A stretch of DNA of 64,000 nucleotides from assembly GCA_902463235.1 (NCBI GenBank), contig CABQER010000003.1, positions 9,297-73,296 of the forward strand, read 5' to 3'. A program made the position numbers and the translations under genes. This stretch comes from an uncultured Faecalibacterium sp. (GTDB lineage: Bacteria > Bacillota > Clostridia > Oscillospirales > Ruminococcaceae). The notes beneath the pieces are model-generated. The model had not been told where the DNA came from, did no database searches, and saw nothing but the letters and a program-made list of their open reading frames with translations. Of the stretch, positions 22,206 to 32,911 are shown piece after piece (position 1 is the first letter of the stretch; every line of letters starts with the position of its first letter).

Positions 22206-22661
22206 ATGAAAGTGATTTTGAAGCAGGATATCAAGGGCATTGGTAAGAAGGACGAGATCCACGAGGTCTCCGACGGCTACGCCCGCAACTACCTGTTCCC
22301 GCGCAAGCTGGCCGCTGTGGCGGATGCCAGCGCTGTGAACATGGCGCGCGGCAAGGAGGCCGCAGCCGATTTCCACGAGGCTGAGAATGTGGCAGCCGCC
22401 AAGGCTCTGGCTGCTAAGATCGAAGGCAAGACCGTGACCATCAAGGCCAAGGGCGGCGCATCCGGCCGTCTGCACGGCAAGGTGACCGGCAAGGAAGTTG
22501 CCGAAGCACTGGCTGCGCTGGCAGGTGCACCCATCGACAAAAAGAAGATCGAGCTGGAGACCAAGGACATCAAGGATGCCGGCGTGTTCAACGGCAAGGT
22601 CCGTCTGTACGTTGGCGTCGTGGCTTCCTTCAAGATCCAGGTGGAAGTGGAACAGGCCTGA
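22206..22661 (+). CDS. rplI: 50S ribosomal protein L9
   Basis: [32 protein letters not shown]. Confidence 0.97.
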   Translation: MKVILKQDIKGIGKKDEIHEVSDGYARNYLFPRKLAAVADASAVNMARGKEAAADFHEAENVAAAKALAAKIEGKTVTIKAKGGASGRLHGKVTGKEVAEALAALAGAPIDKKKIELETKDIKDAGVFNGKVRLYVGVVASFKIQVEVEQA

Positions 22662-22747
22662 TCTGTGTGCCGTTTGCGCCCCCTCACAGCAGGGGGCGCT
22701 TTTTGGCTTTACAGGATGCTTTGGATTTTGGATAAGGACAAACTACT

Positions 22748-24148
22748 ATGCCGAACGAACGACGTTATTCCAATGAACTGAATCTGGAGAGCGTGGGCAT
22801 CAACCTGCCCTACAATATGCAGGCAGAGCAGAGCGTGCTGGGCGCGGTGCTGCTCAAGCCCGACACCCTGACCGATCTGGTGGAGATCCTCAAGCCGGAA
22901 ATGTTCTACACCCGGCAGAACGCCCAGATCTGGACGGAAATGCTGCGCCTGTTCACCAACGACCAGACCATTGATTTTGTCACCCTGCTGGATGCAGTGG
23001 TGTCCGATGGCGTGTTCCCCAGTGCAGACGAGGCCAAGATCTACCTGACCGGTCTGGCAGAAACGGTGCCCAGTATCTCCAACGTAAAGGCTTATGCCCA
23101 GATCGTGCAGGAAAAATATCTGGTGCGCCAGCTGATGGGCGTTGCCAAGGACATCTTGCAGGACGCCGGGGACGAGCCGGACGCCGACCTTCTGCTGGAA
23201 AACGCCGAGCAGCGCATCTACGAGATCCGCTCCGGCCGCGATTCCAGCGCTCTGACCCCGCTTTCGTCCAGCATGGTGGAAACGCTGACCAACCTGCAAA
23301 AGATCAGCGGCCCGGATGCGGATAAGTACAAGGGCATTCCCACCGGCTTCCGTCTGCTGGATACCGTGCTTACCGGCCTTGGCCGCGGCGATCTGGTCAT
23401 TCTGGCAGCCCGTCCCGGTATGGGCAAGACCAGCTTTGCGCTGAACATCGCCACCCGCGTGGCCATGCAGCAAAAGGTGCCGGTGGCCATCTTCAGCTTG
23501 GAAATGACCAAGGAACAGCTGACCAACCGCATCCTCTCGTCGGAGGCAGGCATCGACAGTCAGGCATTCCGTACCGGTGCGCTGCGCGCCGAGGACTGGG
23601 AGTATCTGGCACTGGCTACGGAAAAACTGCACGATGCACCGATCTATATGGACGACACCTCCGGCATTACCATCACCGAGATGAAGGCCAAGATCCGCCG
23701 GGTGAATCAGGACCCTGCCCGCCCCAATGTGGGCCTGATCGTCATCGACTATTTACAGCTGATGACCACCGGCCAGCGCAGCGAGAACCGTGTGCAGGAG
23801 ATCAGCTCCATCACCCGTAACCTGAAGATCATGGCCAAGGAGCTGAATGTGCCCATCATCGCGCTGAGCCAGCTGTCCCGTGCGGTGGAAAAGCAGGGCA
23901 ACAACTCCAGCCACCGCCCGCAGCTTTCTGACCTGCGCGACTCCGGTTCCATCGAGCAGGACGCAGACTGCGTTCTGTTTTTGTACCGCGATTCCTACTA
24001 CGCCAGCCAGAACCCGGACGGTGCCGAGGTGGATGCCGATACCGCCGAGTGCATCGTGGCAAAGAACCGTCACGGCGAGACCAGCACCGTGCCGTTGGGC
24101 TGGGATGGTGCCCACACCCGCTTTATGGATGTGGACTTCAAGCGCTGA
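22748..24148 (+). CDS. dnaB: Replicative DNA helicase
   Basis: AEQSVLG, AARPGMGKT, FSLEM, IDYLQL, LSQLSR, DLRDSGSIEQDAD, KNRHG. Confidence 0.97.
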   Translation: MPNERRYSNELNLESVGINLPYNMQAEQSVLGAVLLKPDTLTDLVEILKPEMFYTRQNAQIWTEMLRLFTNDQTIDFVTLLDAVVSDGVFPSADEAKIYLTGLAETVPSISNVKAYAQIVQEKYLVRQLMGVAKDILQDAGDEPDADLLLENAEQRIYEIRSGRDSSALTPLSSSMVETLTNLQKISGPDADKYKGIPTGFRLLDTVLTGLGRGDLVILAARPGMGKTSFALNIATRVAMQQKVPVAIFSLEMTKEQLTNRILSSEAGIDSQAFRTGALRAEDWEYLALATEKLHDAPIYMDDTSGITITEMKAKIRRVNQDPARPNVGLIVIDYLQLMTTGQRSENRVQEISSITRNLKIMAKELNVPIIALSQLSRAVEKQGNNSSHRPQLSDLRDSGSIEQDADCVLFLYRDSYYASQNPDGAEVDADTAECIVAKNRHGETSTVPLGWDGAHTRFMDVDFKR

Positions 24149-25584
24149 TGGATACCGCAATTCTTGCCCGGGTGGAGGATTTCTGCACCCGCGAGGGGCT
24201 TTTGCAGCCCGGCGCACCGCAGCATTTGGCAGCAGCAGTCTCCGGCGGGGCAGACAGCATGGCGCTGCTGCTCTTGCTGCGGCAATTGCAGCCGAGGTTC
24301 GGCTATACGCTCTCTGCCTGCCATGTGAACCACGGTCTGCGCGGGCAGAGCGCTGACCGGGATGAGGCCTTTGTGCGGGCAGAATGCGCCCGCTTGGGCG
24401 TGCCGCTGCGGGTGTTCCACGCCGCAGAGCTGGCCTCGCCCCCGGCACACGCCGGGGAGGACTGGGCGCGCCGTCTGCGTTACACGGCCTTTGCGCAACT
24501 GCAAGGGCAGGGGATAGATGCCATCGCCACGGCCCATACTGCAAATGACCAAGCGGAAACGCTGCTGCTGCGGCTGGCGCGCGGCACCGGGCTGCACGGT
24601 GCGGGCGGCATCCGGCCAAGACGCGGGTGCTACCTGCGCCCGCTGCTCTGCCTGAGCCGCTCCGAGACCGAGGCTGTCTGCCGGGCAGCGGGGCAACCGT
24701 GGGTCACCGACGAGACCAACGACACCGATGCCTACGCCCGCAACCGGCTGCGCCACAGCGCCCTGCCTGCGCTGGAAAGCACCAACGCGGCGGCGGTGCA
24801 GAATCTGGCGCGGTTCTGTGAAAAGGCCGCGCGGGTGGATGCCTACCTTGCCGCAGGGGCTGCAAAGCTTTTGGCGGCGGCACGCCTGCCCGGCGCAGAA
24901 CCGGCGTGGCAGCTTTCGCCTTTGCAGGCGGCAGACCCGCTGCTGCTGGAGACCGCGCTGCACAGCCTTGTGGCTCCGGTGCGGGATGCAGAGGAAAAAT
25001 ATGTGCAGCTGCTGTGCGCCGTGGTGCGGCAGGGCAGCGGCGCAGTACAGCTGACCGGACAGGTGCGCTTTTGCGCCGGGAACGGTTGTCTGCGGCAGGA
25101 AACATTGCCGCAAGCACTGCCCCGGCAGCCGGAGAGAGCGCCGCAGCAGCTGCCCTTTTTGCCCGAAAAACAGCCGGAATTCCGGCTGCGCGGGAGCTGG
25201 AAGGGGAAAGCGGAGCTGTTAAAAGCCGATTTTGAAGAAAAAATACAAGTCGTTCATAAAAAAGACTTAAAAAATCGGGCGGATTATGCTAGAATAACTA
25301 CGTTGTACACTGGCCTTGTACTGCGCGCCCGTCAGCCGGGAGACCGCTTCCGTCCTGCGGGGCGGGGCTTGAGCAAACCGCTGCGCAAGTGGATGAACGA
25401 GGCTGGTGTCCCGAACGAACTGCGGGATACGCTGCCGCTGCTTGCCAGCGGAAGCGAAATTTTATGGGTGTGTGGAGAAGGCTTTGCCGATGGCCTTGCA
25501 CCGGACACGGAAAGCAGATGGATCCTGCACTTGGATGCAGAGATCGAAACACAGGAGGAAAAAACAAATGAGTATGCACGATGA
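24148..25584 (+). CDS. tilS: tRNA(Ile)-lysidine synthetase
   Basis: AVSGGADS, HVNHGLRG, TAHTANDQAET, RPLL, RNRLRH; TGATG coupling with dnaB. Confidence 0.93.
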   Translation: MDTAILARVEDFCTREGLLQPGAPQHLAAAVSGGADSMALLLLLRQLQPRFGYTLSACHVNHGLRGQSADRDEAFVRAECARLGVPLRVFHAAELASPPAHAGEDWARRLRYTAFAQLQGQGIDAIATAHTANDQAETLLLRLARGTGLHGAGGIRPRRGCYLRPLLCLSRSETEAVCRAAGQPWVTDETNDTDAYARNRLRHSALPALESTNAAAVQNLARFCEKAARVDAYLAAGAAKLLAAARLPGAEPAWQLSPLQAADPLLLETALHSLVAPVRDAEEKYVQLLCAVVRQGSGAVQLTGQVRFCAGNGCLRQETLPQALPRQPERAPQQLPFLPEKQPEFRLRGSWKGKAELLKADFEEKIQVVHKKDLKNRADYARITTLYTGLVLRARQPGDRFRPAGRGLSKPLRKWMNEAGVPNELRDTLPLLASGSEILWVCGEGFADGLAPDTESRWILHLDAEIETQEEKTNEYAR

Positions 25585-26116
25585 TATCAAGACCGTTCTG
25601 GTCAGCGAAGAGCAGCTGAAGGCCAAGGTGGCAGAGCTGGGCGCTCAGATCAGCCGGGACTATGCCGGTAAAAATCTGGTGCTGGTGTCCATCCTCAAGG
25701 GCTCGGTGGTCTTTATGGCCGATCTGATGCGGGCTGTGAGCATCCCCTGCAACATCGACTTTATGGTGGTCTCCAGCTACGGCGGCAGCAACACCACCAC
25801 CAGCGGTCTGGTCAAGATCATCAAGGATCTGGACGGCGATCTGTCCGGTAAGGATGTGCTGATCGTGGAGGACATTCTGGACACCGGTGTCACCCTGTCC
25901 AACCTTGTGCCCATGCTCAAGATGCGCAACCCGAACTCCGTTAAGATCTGCACCATCCTTGATAAGCCCAGCCGCCGCAAGGCCGATATCCAGCCGGATT
26001 ACGAGGGTTTTCAGGTACCGGACGAGTTTGTGGTGGGCTATGGTCTGGACTACGATGAAAAATACCGCAACCTGTCCTATGTCGGCGTGCTGAAGCCCGA
26101 GGTCTACACGAAGTAA
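25568..26116 (+). CDS. hpt: Hypoxanthine phosphoribosyltransferase
   Basis: ILKGSVVFMADL, LIVEDILDTG, FVVGYGLDY. Confidence 0.96.
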   Translation: MSMHDDIKTVLVSEEQLKAKVAELGAQISRDYAGKNLVLVSILKGSVVFMADLMRAVSIPCNIDFMVVSSYGGSNTTTSGLVKIIKDLDGDLSGKDVLIVEDILDTGVTLSNLVPMLKMRNPNSVKICTILDKPSRRKADIQPDYEGFQVPDEFVVGYGLDYDEKYRNLSYVGVLKPEVYTK

Positions 26117-26146
26117 CCTGTCCATTATAAAAATCCAGAACTGGAG

Positions 26147-28291
26147 TTGATTTTTTTGCAACCGAAGAAACCCCGTTTCAATCCGCTGGTGATCGCCATT
26201 GTGCTGGCAGCCGTGCTGATGGTGTGGTCGGTGCTGGGCGGCACCGGCGGCAGCGCCAACGGCTCCTCTATGGCGTATTCCACGGTGGTACACTATTTTG
26301 AGAGCAATCAGGTCACCAAATTCTCGCTGGATCTGAATACCGGCGTGATCACCATGACCCTGAAGGAGGGCGCACAGGAGCTGCCCAACGCTGCCGAGCA
26401 GAGCACTGCCCAGTCCACGGGCGGGCTGCTTTCCGGCCTGTTGTCCTCCTCTTCCTCTGCCCCCACCGGGGTAAAGAAGAACGAGGACGGCACCGAGACA
26501 GTCAGCTACAAGCTGCCCTATGCCCGGATGTTCGTGGACCATGTGTCGGACTACATCGCCCAGTACGATGCAGCCAACCCCGACGCGCCCATGGTGTACG
26601 ACTATGTGCCCGCCAAGGAGACCATCCCTTGGATGGAGATCCTGTTCTATCTGGCTATGCTGGGCTGCACCGGTTTCCTGCTGTTCTCCATGATGCGCGG
26701 CGGCGCCGGTGGCGGCGGCATCATGAACGTGGGCAAGGCCAAGGTAAAGGACGAGCACGAGAACAAAAAGACTGCCACCTTTGCCGATGTGGCCGGTGAG
26801 GACGAGGAAAAAGAGGAACTCAAGGAAGTTGTGGAGTTCCTCAAGAGCCCGGATAAGTTCAATACGCTGGGTGCCCGCATCCCCCACGGCGTGCTGCTGG
26901 TGGGCCCTCCGGGTACCGGTAAGACCCTGCTGGCGCGTGCCTGTGCAGGCGAGGCCGGGGTGCCCTTCTACTCCATCTCCGGCTCTGACTTTGTGGAGAT
27001 GTACGTCGGCGTGGGCGCATCCCGCGTGCGCGACCTGTTCGATAAGGCCAAAAAGACCATGCCCTGCATCATCTTTATCGATGAGATCGATGCCGTGGGT
27101 CGTCAGCGCGGCGCAGGTCTGGGCGGCGGTCACGATGAGCGCGAGCAGACCTTGAACCAGCTGCTGGTGGAGATGGACGGATTTGAAGCCAACGACGGCA
27201 TCATCGTCATGGCCGCCACCAACCGTGCCGACATTCTGGATAAGGCGCTGCTGCGCCCCGGCCGCTTTGACCGTCAGGTCTATGTGGGCCTGCCGGATGT
27301 CAAGGGCCGCGAGGAGATCCTGAAAGTGCATACCCGCAATAAGCCTCTTGCGCCGGACGTCTCCCTGAAGGTTATCGCCCAGCGCACCGCCGGTTTTGCC
27401 GGTGCAGACCTTGAGAACCTTGTCAATGAGGCCGCGCTGCTGGCAGCCCGCCGCAACCGCAAGGCCATTACCATGGAGGATATCGAGGAAGCATCCATGA
27501 AGGTGATGGCTGGCCCCGAGAAGAAGAGCCGCGTGGTCACCCCGGAGGAGAAAAAACTCACCGCCTACCACGAGGCCGGTCACGCAGTGGCAGGCTTCTA
27601 CTGCAAGCACCACCCCCGCGTGCACGAGATCACCATCATCCCGCGCGGTCAGGCCGGTGGCTATACCATGTATCTGCCTGAGAAGGACCGCAGCTATGTG
27701 ACCAAGGGCGAGATGTTTGAGGACATCGTGTCCAGCTTGGGCGGCCGCGTGGCCGAGCAGCTGATCCTGGAGGACATCTCCACCGGTGCTTCCAACGATC
27801 TGCAGCAGGCTACTAACATCGCCCGCCAGATGATCACCCGTTACGGCTTCTCCGAGCGTCTGGGCCCTGTGGTCTACGGTACCTCGCAGGAGGAGACCTT
27901 CCTTGGCCGCGATTTGGGTCAGGGCAAGGGTTACAGCGAGACCACCGCTGCTGAGATCGACAGCGAGACCCGTGATATCATCGATGAAGCCTATGAGACC
28001 TGCCGCCGCACCCTGACCGAGCACATCGACCAGCTCCATGCGCTGGCCAAGGCTCTGATGGAGCGCGAAAAGCTCAACGAGGAGCAGTTCAACACCATTA
28101 TGGCCGGCGGCACCCTGCCCCCCTGCGAGGACGCAAAGCCCGAGCAGGCGCAGCCCGACCAGACCGTGCAGTCTGCCCCGGTGCAGCCCGCAGAGCCTGC
28201 GGAAACTGCTGAGCGTGCCGAACCCGCCGAGCAGGCTGAGCCTGCCCAGCCGGAAGTGCCGCAGCCGGACGCCCCGGAGCAGCAGGACTAA
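26147..28291 (+). CDS. ftsH: ATP-dependent zinc metalloprotease FtsH
   Basis: Two TMs, [34 protein letters not shown] start uncertain. Confidence 0.97.
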   Translation: MIFLQPKKPRFNPLVIAIVLAAVLMVWSVLGGTGGSANGSSMAYSTVVHYFESNQVTKFSLDLNTGVITMTLKEGAQELPNAAEQSTAQSTGGLLSGLLSSSSSAPTGVKKNEDGTETVSYKLPYARMFVDHVSDYIAQYDAANPDAPMVYDYVPAKETIPWMEILFYLAMLGCTGFLLFSMMRGGAGGGGIMNVGKAKVKDEHENKKTATFADVAGEDEEKEELKEVVEFLKSPDKFNTLGARIPHGVLLVGPPGTGKTLLARACAGEAGVPFYSISGSDFVEMYVGVGASRVRDLFDKAKKTMPCIIFIDEIDAVGRQRGAGLGGGHDEREQTLNQLLVEMDGFEANDGIIVMAATNRADILDKALLRPGRFDRQVYVGLPDVKGREEILKVHTRNKPLAPDVSLKVIAQRTAGFAGADLENLVNEAALLAARRNRKAITMEDIEEASMKVMAGPEKKSRVVTPEEKKLTAYHEAGHAVAGFYCKHHPRVHEITIIPRGQAGGYTMYLPEKDRSYVTKGEMFEDIVSSLGGRVAEQLILEDISTGASNDLQQATNIARQMITRYGFSERLGPVVYGTSQEETFLGRDLGQGKGYSETTAAEIDSETRDIIDEAYETCRRTLTEHIDQLHALAKALMEREKLNEEQFNTIMAGGTLPPCEDAKPEQAQPDQTVQSAPVQPAEPAETAERAEPAEQAEPAQPEVPQPDAPEQQD

Positions 28292-28317
28292 GCTTTTTTA
28301 GGAAAGGAGCGAGCATC

Positions 28318-29376
28318 GTGGAGGAAAATTTTAACCCGGTCGCCCAGACCCGTGCAAACTATTATACTCCCGGCAGCCCGGTGCAGTTCGTCTGCGTGGA
28401 GCTGCTCAAGGGGGACGTCAGCGGCGAGCACGCTGTCTGCCTGACCTTCAAGAATATTTCCCGCGTGACCCTGACCGCACTGGAGATCCACTTCAAGTGC
28501 AAGGGCGTGGACGGTGTGATCCTGTGCGAGGATAAGTTCGAGTACCGGGATCTTCAGGTAAAGCCCGGCGAGCTGTTCGGGCAGGACGATGCCGTGTTCA
28601 TCACGGCAAAGGCCATCACCAGCGTGGATGTTTCGCTGTGCAATGTGTACAACGGCAAGCGCGTGGTGCATCTGGACGGCATCAAGCGTGTGCGCCTGCC
28701 TGCACCCCGCCGTTTGGCTCCGGAGCTGCAAAAGGCGCTGGAAGCCCGCATGAACCGCACCGGGCTCAAGTATCAGCCGCAGGTGTTCGAGAACGGCTGG
28801 TACTGCGCCTGCGGTGCCTTCCACCCCACCGAGGAGGACACCGTGTACTGCTCGGAGTGCGGCTGTGACCGCATTCTGCTGCAGAACGCGCTGAACACCC
28901 TGTTGCAGCCCGCCGCCCCGGCAGACGAGATGGAAATGCCTCTCAGCGCCCCGGCGGCTCCCGCAGCGCCCGCTGCGGTGGAGGAGCCTACCCGCATCGT
29001 GGGTGCAGCCCCTGCCGCCCCGGCAGCGCCCGTAGAGGAGCCCACCCGGGTCATGGGTGCAACGGCTTACCAGCCTAAGGCTGCCCCCGTCCAGCCCATC
29101 TCGGAGCCTACCCGGGTGCTGGATGCCTCTGTCCGCACACCGTATTCCGGCGCTGCTGCGGCAGACGAGGGCACCCGTGTGATGCCTGCCGCCGCCCGCC
29201 GTCCGGCACCGGCTCCGGTGCGTCAGCCCGAGCCCATGGAGGAGGAGTACGAGGAGTACGAGGACAGCCGGGACAGCGTGGCAGAAGCGCTGATCCGCTG
29301 GGTGCCGCCCATTACGGCCATCCTGTGCGCAGCCATCGCGCTATGCGGCTTTGTGTACTACCAGTTCGTGCTGTAA
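28318..29376 (+). CDS. Hypothetical protein with zinc ribbon, Pro/Ala-rich repeat linker and C-terminal TM
   Basis: WYCACG...YCSECG; repeated (E/D)(E/G/P)PTR-like motifs; hydrophobic C-terminus; GTG start after GGAG. Confidence 0.8.
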   Translation: MEENFNPVAQTRANYYTPGSPVQFVCVELLKGDVSGEHAVCLTFKNISRVTLTALEIHFKCKGVDGVILCEDKFEYRDLQVKPGELFGQDDAVFITAKAITSVDVSLCNVYNGKRVVHLDGIKRVRLPAPRRLAPELQKALEARMNRTGLKYQPQVFENGWYCACGAFHPTEEDTVYCSECGCDRILLQNALNTLLQPAAPADEMEMPLSAPAAPAAPAAVEEPTRIVGAAPAAPAAPVEEPTRVMGATAYQPKAAPVQPISEPTRVLDASVRTPYSGAAAADEGTRVMPAAARRPAPAPVRQPEPMEEEYEEYEDSRDSVAEALIRWVPPITAILCAAIALCGFVYYQFVL

Positions 29377-29451
29377 TATAAGTTCATCCCGGCGGAGGGG
29401 GCAGCGTGCCTTCTCCGCCTTTTGTGTACATTGCACAGAAAGGAAAATACT

Positions 29452-30249
29452 ATGCCGGAACAAGCTTTACAGGTGGCTTTTGAGATCAAGACTGCCTGCG
29501 ATGAGATCAGCCGCCGCCTGCTGCGCTGGCACTGGGAGCGCAAGCCCGGGGCGCACAGTCTGGATGCGTTGCTGGAACATATCGCCGCCCGCAAGCAGGA
29601 AAGCCCGGATTACTACGACCGTATGCCGGACCTTTCCGGCAAGACCAGCTGGCAGCAGCTGGATACCACCCTGTGTATGCGGGTGCTGCTGGACCCGGAA
29701 ACTGACGCCGCCCGCCCGCTGGACCTGCTGGGCAACACGGTGCATCCCTCTGCCGCCCGCCATGCCTGCAACGCCATCCGCACCGCCCGCAACGAAGCTG
29801 CCCACGCGGCAGTTGCAGCGGACGGCGCACAGGCAGCCCTGCTGTTCAATGAAGCCATCGAGGCTTTGGAAGAGGGCTACGCCGGCACCGCCTTTAAGGA
29901 AAACGAGCTGGCGCAGTATTACCGCGAAGCCGAGGATTACCTGAGCCGGTGCAGCGAGGGCAAGCCACTTAAGGCACGCCAGAGCCGCCCGCAGAACGCG
30001 CAGCAGGGGAAAACAGCCGCCCGCAGCAAGCCCCGCAGCGCACAGCAGCCCCGCAGCACCAAAAGCACTGCCGGGCGGCAGAACACCTCTGCACGCAGCC
30101 GCAGCACCGGTACAAAACAGAGCCGCAGCACGGCGTCCCGTGGTAAAAAGCAGCAGACCGGCGGCGAGAGCAAGGTGGTACTGGGCATTATTCTGGCGGC
30201 GCTGGTGCTGGGGCTTATCGCACGCGCTATCAGCATGGGACTTGTGTAA
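29452..30249 (+). CDS. Hypothetical tail-anchored protein with possible Swt1-like HEPN domain
   Basis: LDTTLCMRVLLD...AIRTARNEAAH (RxxxxH) in a helical context, basic linker, C-terminal TM. Confidence 0.6.
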   Translation: MPEQALQVAFEIKTACDEISRRLLRWHWERKPGAHSLDALLEHIAARKQESPDYYDRMPDLSGKTSWQQLDTTLCMRVLLDPETDAARPLDLLGNTVHPSAARHACNAIRTARNEAAHAAVAADGAQAALLFNEAIEALEEGYAGTAFKENELAQYYREAEDYLSRCSEGKPLKARQSRPQNAQQGKTAARSKPRSAQQPRSTKSTAGRQNTSARSRSTGTKQSRSTASRGKKQQTGGESKVVLGIILAALVLGLIARAISMGLV

Positions 30250-30362
30250 GCGCAACGGTTTTCGCAATTCTGGTGGTAAATCGGAATGCAAAATCGTTTG
30301 GGTTGTGTAAAATCACCAAAAATGCAGCGGACAGCCCCGCAGAAAAACGGTCATTGCACCTC

Positions 30363-30410
30363 TTGCGGGAAATGTGAAACGGATTTATAATAAGCATGAA
30401 AACGTTTACA
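30363..30410 (+). promoter_or_regulatory. Promoter plus LacI/cre-type operator of the LacI gene
   Basis: TTGCGG-17-TATAAT (30363-30391) followed by near-palindrome TGAAAACGTTTACA (30397-30410). Confidence 0.65.
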
Positions 30411-30445
30411 CATTGCCACCGGAGAGGGAACGGAGAAAATACCCC

Positions 30446-31438
30446 ATGACCATCAGTGATATTGCAAAGATGGCAGGCGTTTCCAGTGCTGCGGTCAGCC
30501 GCTATTTGAACGGCGGGCCTCTCAGCGAGCAGAAGCGTGCCGTGATACAAGCCGTAGTGGAAAAAACCGGTTACAGCCCGGACACTGCCGCCCAGACCCT
30601 GCGCACCGGCAAGGTGCGTCAGGTGGGGGTCGTTGTGCCCAGTATCAGCTCCCAGTCGGTGGGACAGATCATCAGCGGCATTGCAACCGAGCTGAGCGCA
30701 AGCCGCTACCTGATGCTGCTGGCCGACACCGAGTTGGACGAGCAGATGGAGCTGGAATATCTTACAGCATTGCAGCGCAACCATGTGGCGGGTATCATTC
30801 TGCTGGGCTATGATAACAGCCCGCAGTTGTGCATGGCATTGAAAGACTGCCGCGTGCCTGTGGTGGTAACAGGGCAGCGCTTTGCAGACCTGCCTTGCGT
30901 TTATAACGATGACCGCTCTGCCGCCCGCGACCTGACCCGGAAGATGCTGGAGCATGGCCGCAGAAATATCGTGTACATCGGTGGCAGCGAGCAGGACGCC
31001 GCCACCGGCATTGCACGCCGTCAGGGTGTGCAGGATGCGTTGCGGGAGGTGGGACTAAACGCGGACGGTCTGCCCCGCGCCTGCTGCACCGCCTTTTCCA
31101 TGGAAGAGGGACACCGCTGCATGGAGGAACTGCTGGCGCGCTGCCCGCAGCTGGACGGTGTGGTCTGCGTGACCGACACCGTGGCCTTTGGTGCGTTGCA
31201 GGTACTGCGTGCTGCCGGGCGCAAAGTAGGGCAGGATGTCGGCCTTGCCGGCATCGGAGACAACTGGGCAGGCAAGGTGGTGGAACCCGGCCTGACCACC
31301 ATCCGCTTCTACCAAAAGCAGGTAGGGCAGGAGGCCGCCCGGATGCTGCTGCAAAGTTTGGAACACACCGGGCCGGACGCTGCGCCGGTGCGCCAGACCA
31401 CGCTGGGCTATACATTGGTAGAGCGCGGCTCACTGTAA
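30446..31438 (+). CDS. LacI family transcriptional regulator (ScrR-like)
   Basis: MTISDIAKMAGVSSAAVSRYLNG HTH followed by a sugar-binding domain (PGLTTI). Confidence 0.93.
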   Translation: MTISDIAKMAGVSSAAVSRYLNGGPLSEQKRAVIQAVVEKTGYSPDTAAQTLRTGKVRQVGVVVPSISSQSVGQIISGIATELSASRYLMLLADTELDEQMELEYLTALQRNHVAGIILLGYDNSPQLCMALKDCRVPVVVTGQRFADLPCVYNDDRSAARDLTRKMLEHGRRNIVYIGGSEQDAATGIARRQGVQDALREVGLNADGLPRACCTAFSMEEGHRCMEELLARCPQLDGVVCVTDTVAFGALQVLRAAGRKVGQDVGLAGIGDNWAGKVVEPGLTTIRFYQKQVGQEAARMLLQSLEHTGPDAAPVRQTTLGYTLVERGSL

Positions 31439-31451
31439 AAAAGAGGAACGA

Positions 31452-32294
31452 ATGAAACAAAAACTGATTTTTTTAGATATTGACGGCACCCTGCTGCCCC
31501 CGGGCGAGATGCTGATCCCCCAAAGCACGGTGGAGGCGCTGCGCAAGGCACACGCCAACGGCCACAAGCTGTTTCTGTGCACCGGGCGCAATCTGCGTAT
31601 GACCCAGCCTCTGCTGGACTACGGCTTTGATGGCGCAGTGTGCAGCGCCGGCGGCTATGTGTTCTGCGGGGACAAGGTGCTGGTAGACCTGCCCATGGAG
31701 CCGCAGCTGGCGCAGGGCGTGCGCAGCGCCATGGAGCGCCACGGCGTGGAGTGCACGCTGGAAGCGCGGGATGCCACCTACGGCAGCCTGAAGATGATCG
31801 AGCGCTGGAGTTTCACCCACCGGGATGCAGGCCCCCTGAATAGCGAAGCCGCCCGCTGGCGCAAGGCCATGGAGGACGGCATGACCATCAGTCCGCTGGC
31901 TGATTACAAGGGCGAGCCGCTGTATAAGATCGTGTATATCGCGGAGCACAGCGAGGACTTGGACGAAGCCAAGCGCCTGTACGAGGATCGCTTTGTGTTC
32001 TGCGAGAGCAAGCTGGACGGTCTGGACGGCGGCTATGTGAACGGTGAACTCATCAACCGCAGGTTTGATAAGGGACGCGGTATCAAGGCCGTCTGCGATT
32101 ATTTGGGCGTGTCCCTGCAGGACAGCATCGGTTTTGGCGACAGTGACAACGACCTGCAAATGACCGACGTGGTCGGCATCAGCGTTTGTATGGCCAACGG
32201 CTCTGCAAGCCTGAAGCAGCGCTGCGACCGCATTGCCCCCTCGGTGTACGAGGACGGCATCGCCAAGGAGTTTGCCGCCTTGGGGCTGATTTGA
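31452..32294 (+). CDS. Cof-type HAD hydrolase
   Basis: FLDIDGTL, CTGR, GFGDSDND motifs. Confidence 0.92.
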   Translation: MKQKLIFLDIDGTLLPPGEMLIPQSTVEALRKAHANGHKLFLCTGRNLRMTQPLLDYGFDGAVCSAGGYVFCGDKVLVDLPMEPQLAQGVRSAMERHGVECTLEARDATYGSLKMIERWSFTHRDAGPLNSEAARWRKAMEDGMTISPLADYKGEPLYKIVYIAEHSEDLDEAKRLYEDRFVFCESKLDGLDGGYVNGELINRRFDKGRGIKAVCDYLGVSLQDSIGFGDSDNDLQMTDVVGISVCMANGSASLKQRCDRIAPSVYEDGIAKEFAALGLI

Positions 32295-32436
32295 GATTTC
32301 TTTTAGTAAAAACAGGGCAGGGGAACGTCCGCAGACGTTCCCCTGCCCTAAAATTATAAATAATACTTTCGCATCATTTTGTGACAAAAAGAGCGCTGCA
32401 CGGTATTTTGTGCGGCGCTCTCTTTATATTGACAAA

Positions 32437-32889
32437 TCAGTAGTGCAGATCCTCTGCGGTCAATGCTTCCAGCACAGGCAGCATGGCAGCAGCTTCGACC
32501 TTGGCGGCGGGCAGATCCATATCGCGGTAGTTGCCGCACTCCACCTCACTGGCACCGGGCACAGCGCCCTCAAAGCCAGCCATAAAGCGGTAGGCATCCA
32601 CCGTCAGCTGCAATGCCTGCGCCGGGGTCAGACCCCGGGTAAGCAGGTAAAAGCCGGTGCGGCAGCCCATGGGGCCAACATAGATCACCCCGTCCTTCAC
32701 AGCGCTGTTGCGCGCGTAGGTGGCAAACAGGTGCTCCAGCGTGTGGGCGGCAGCGGTGGTCAGGTAATCGCCCTGATTAGGCTTCTTCATGCGGATGTCC
32801 CAAGTGAGCACATCGCCGTCCTGACGGCTCAGGTGCATTCCGCGCTCCAGCCGGGTGTGATCCACGCAAAAGCTTGCGATACGTTCCAT
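32437..32889 (-). CDS. luxS: S-ribosylhomocysteine lyase
   Basis: IASFCVDH, HTLEHL, GPMGCRTGFY, ECGNY. Confidence 0.96.
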   Translation of the reverse strand: MERIASFCVDHTRLERGMHLSRQDGDVLTWDIRMKKPNQGDYLTTAAAHTLEHLFATYARNSAVKDGVIYVGPMGCRTGFYLLTRGLTPAQALQLTVDAYRFMAGFEGAVPGASEVECGNYRDMDLPAAKVEAAAMLPVLEALTAEDLHY

Positions 32890-32911
32890 ACTACGGTTCT
32901 CCTTTTATGTC

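Noticed and set aside
28130..28290. Pro/Ala/Glu/Gln repeats at the FtsH C-terminus
   Set aside because: Ordinary low-complexity tail.
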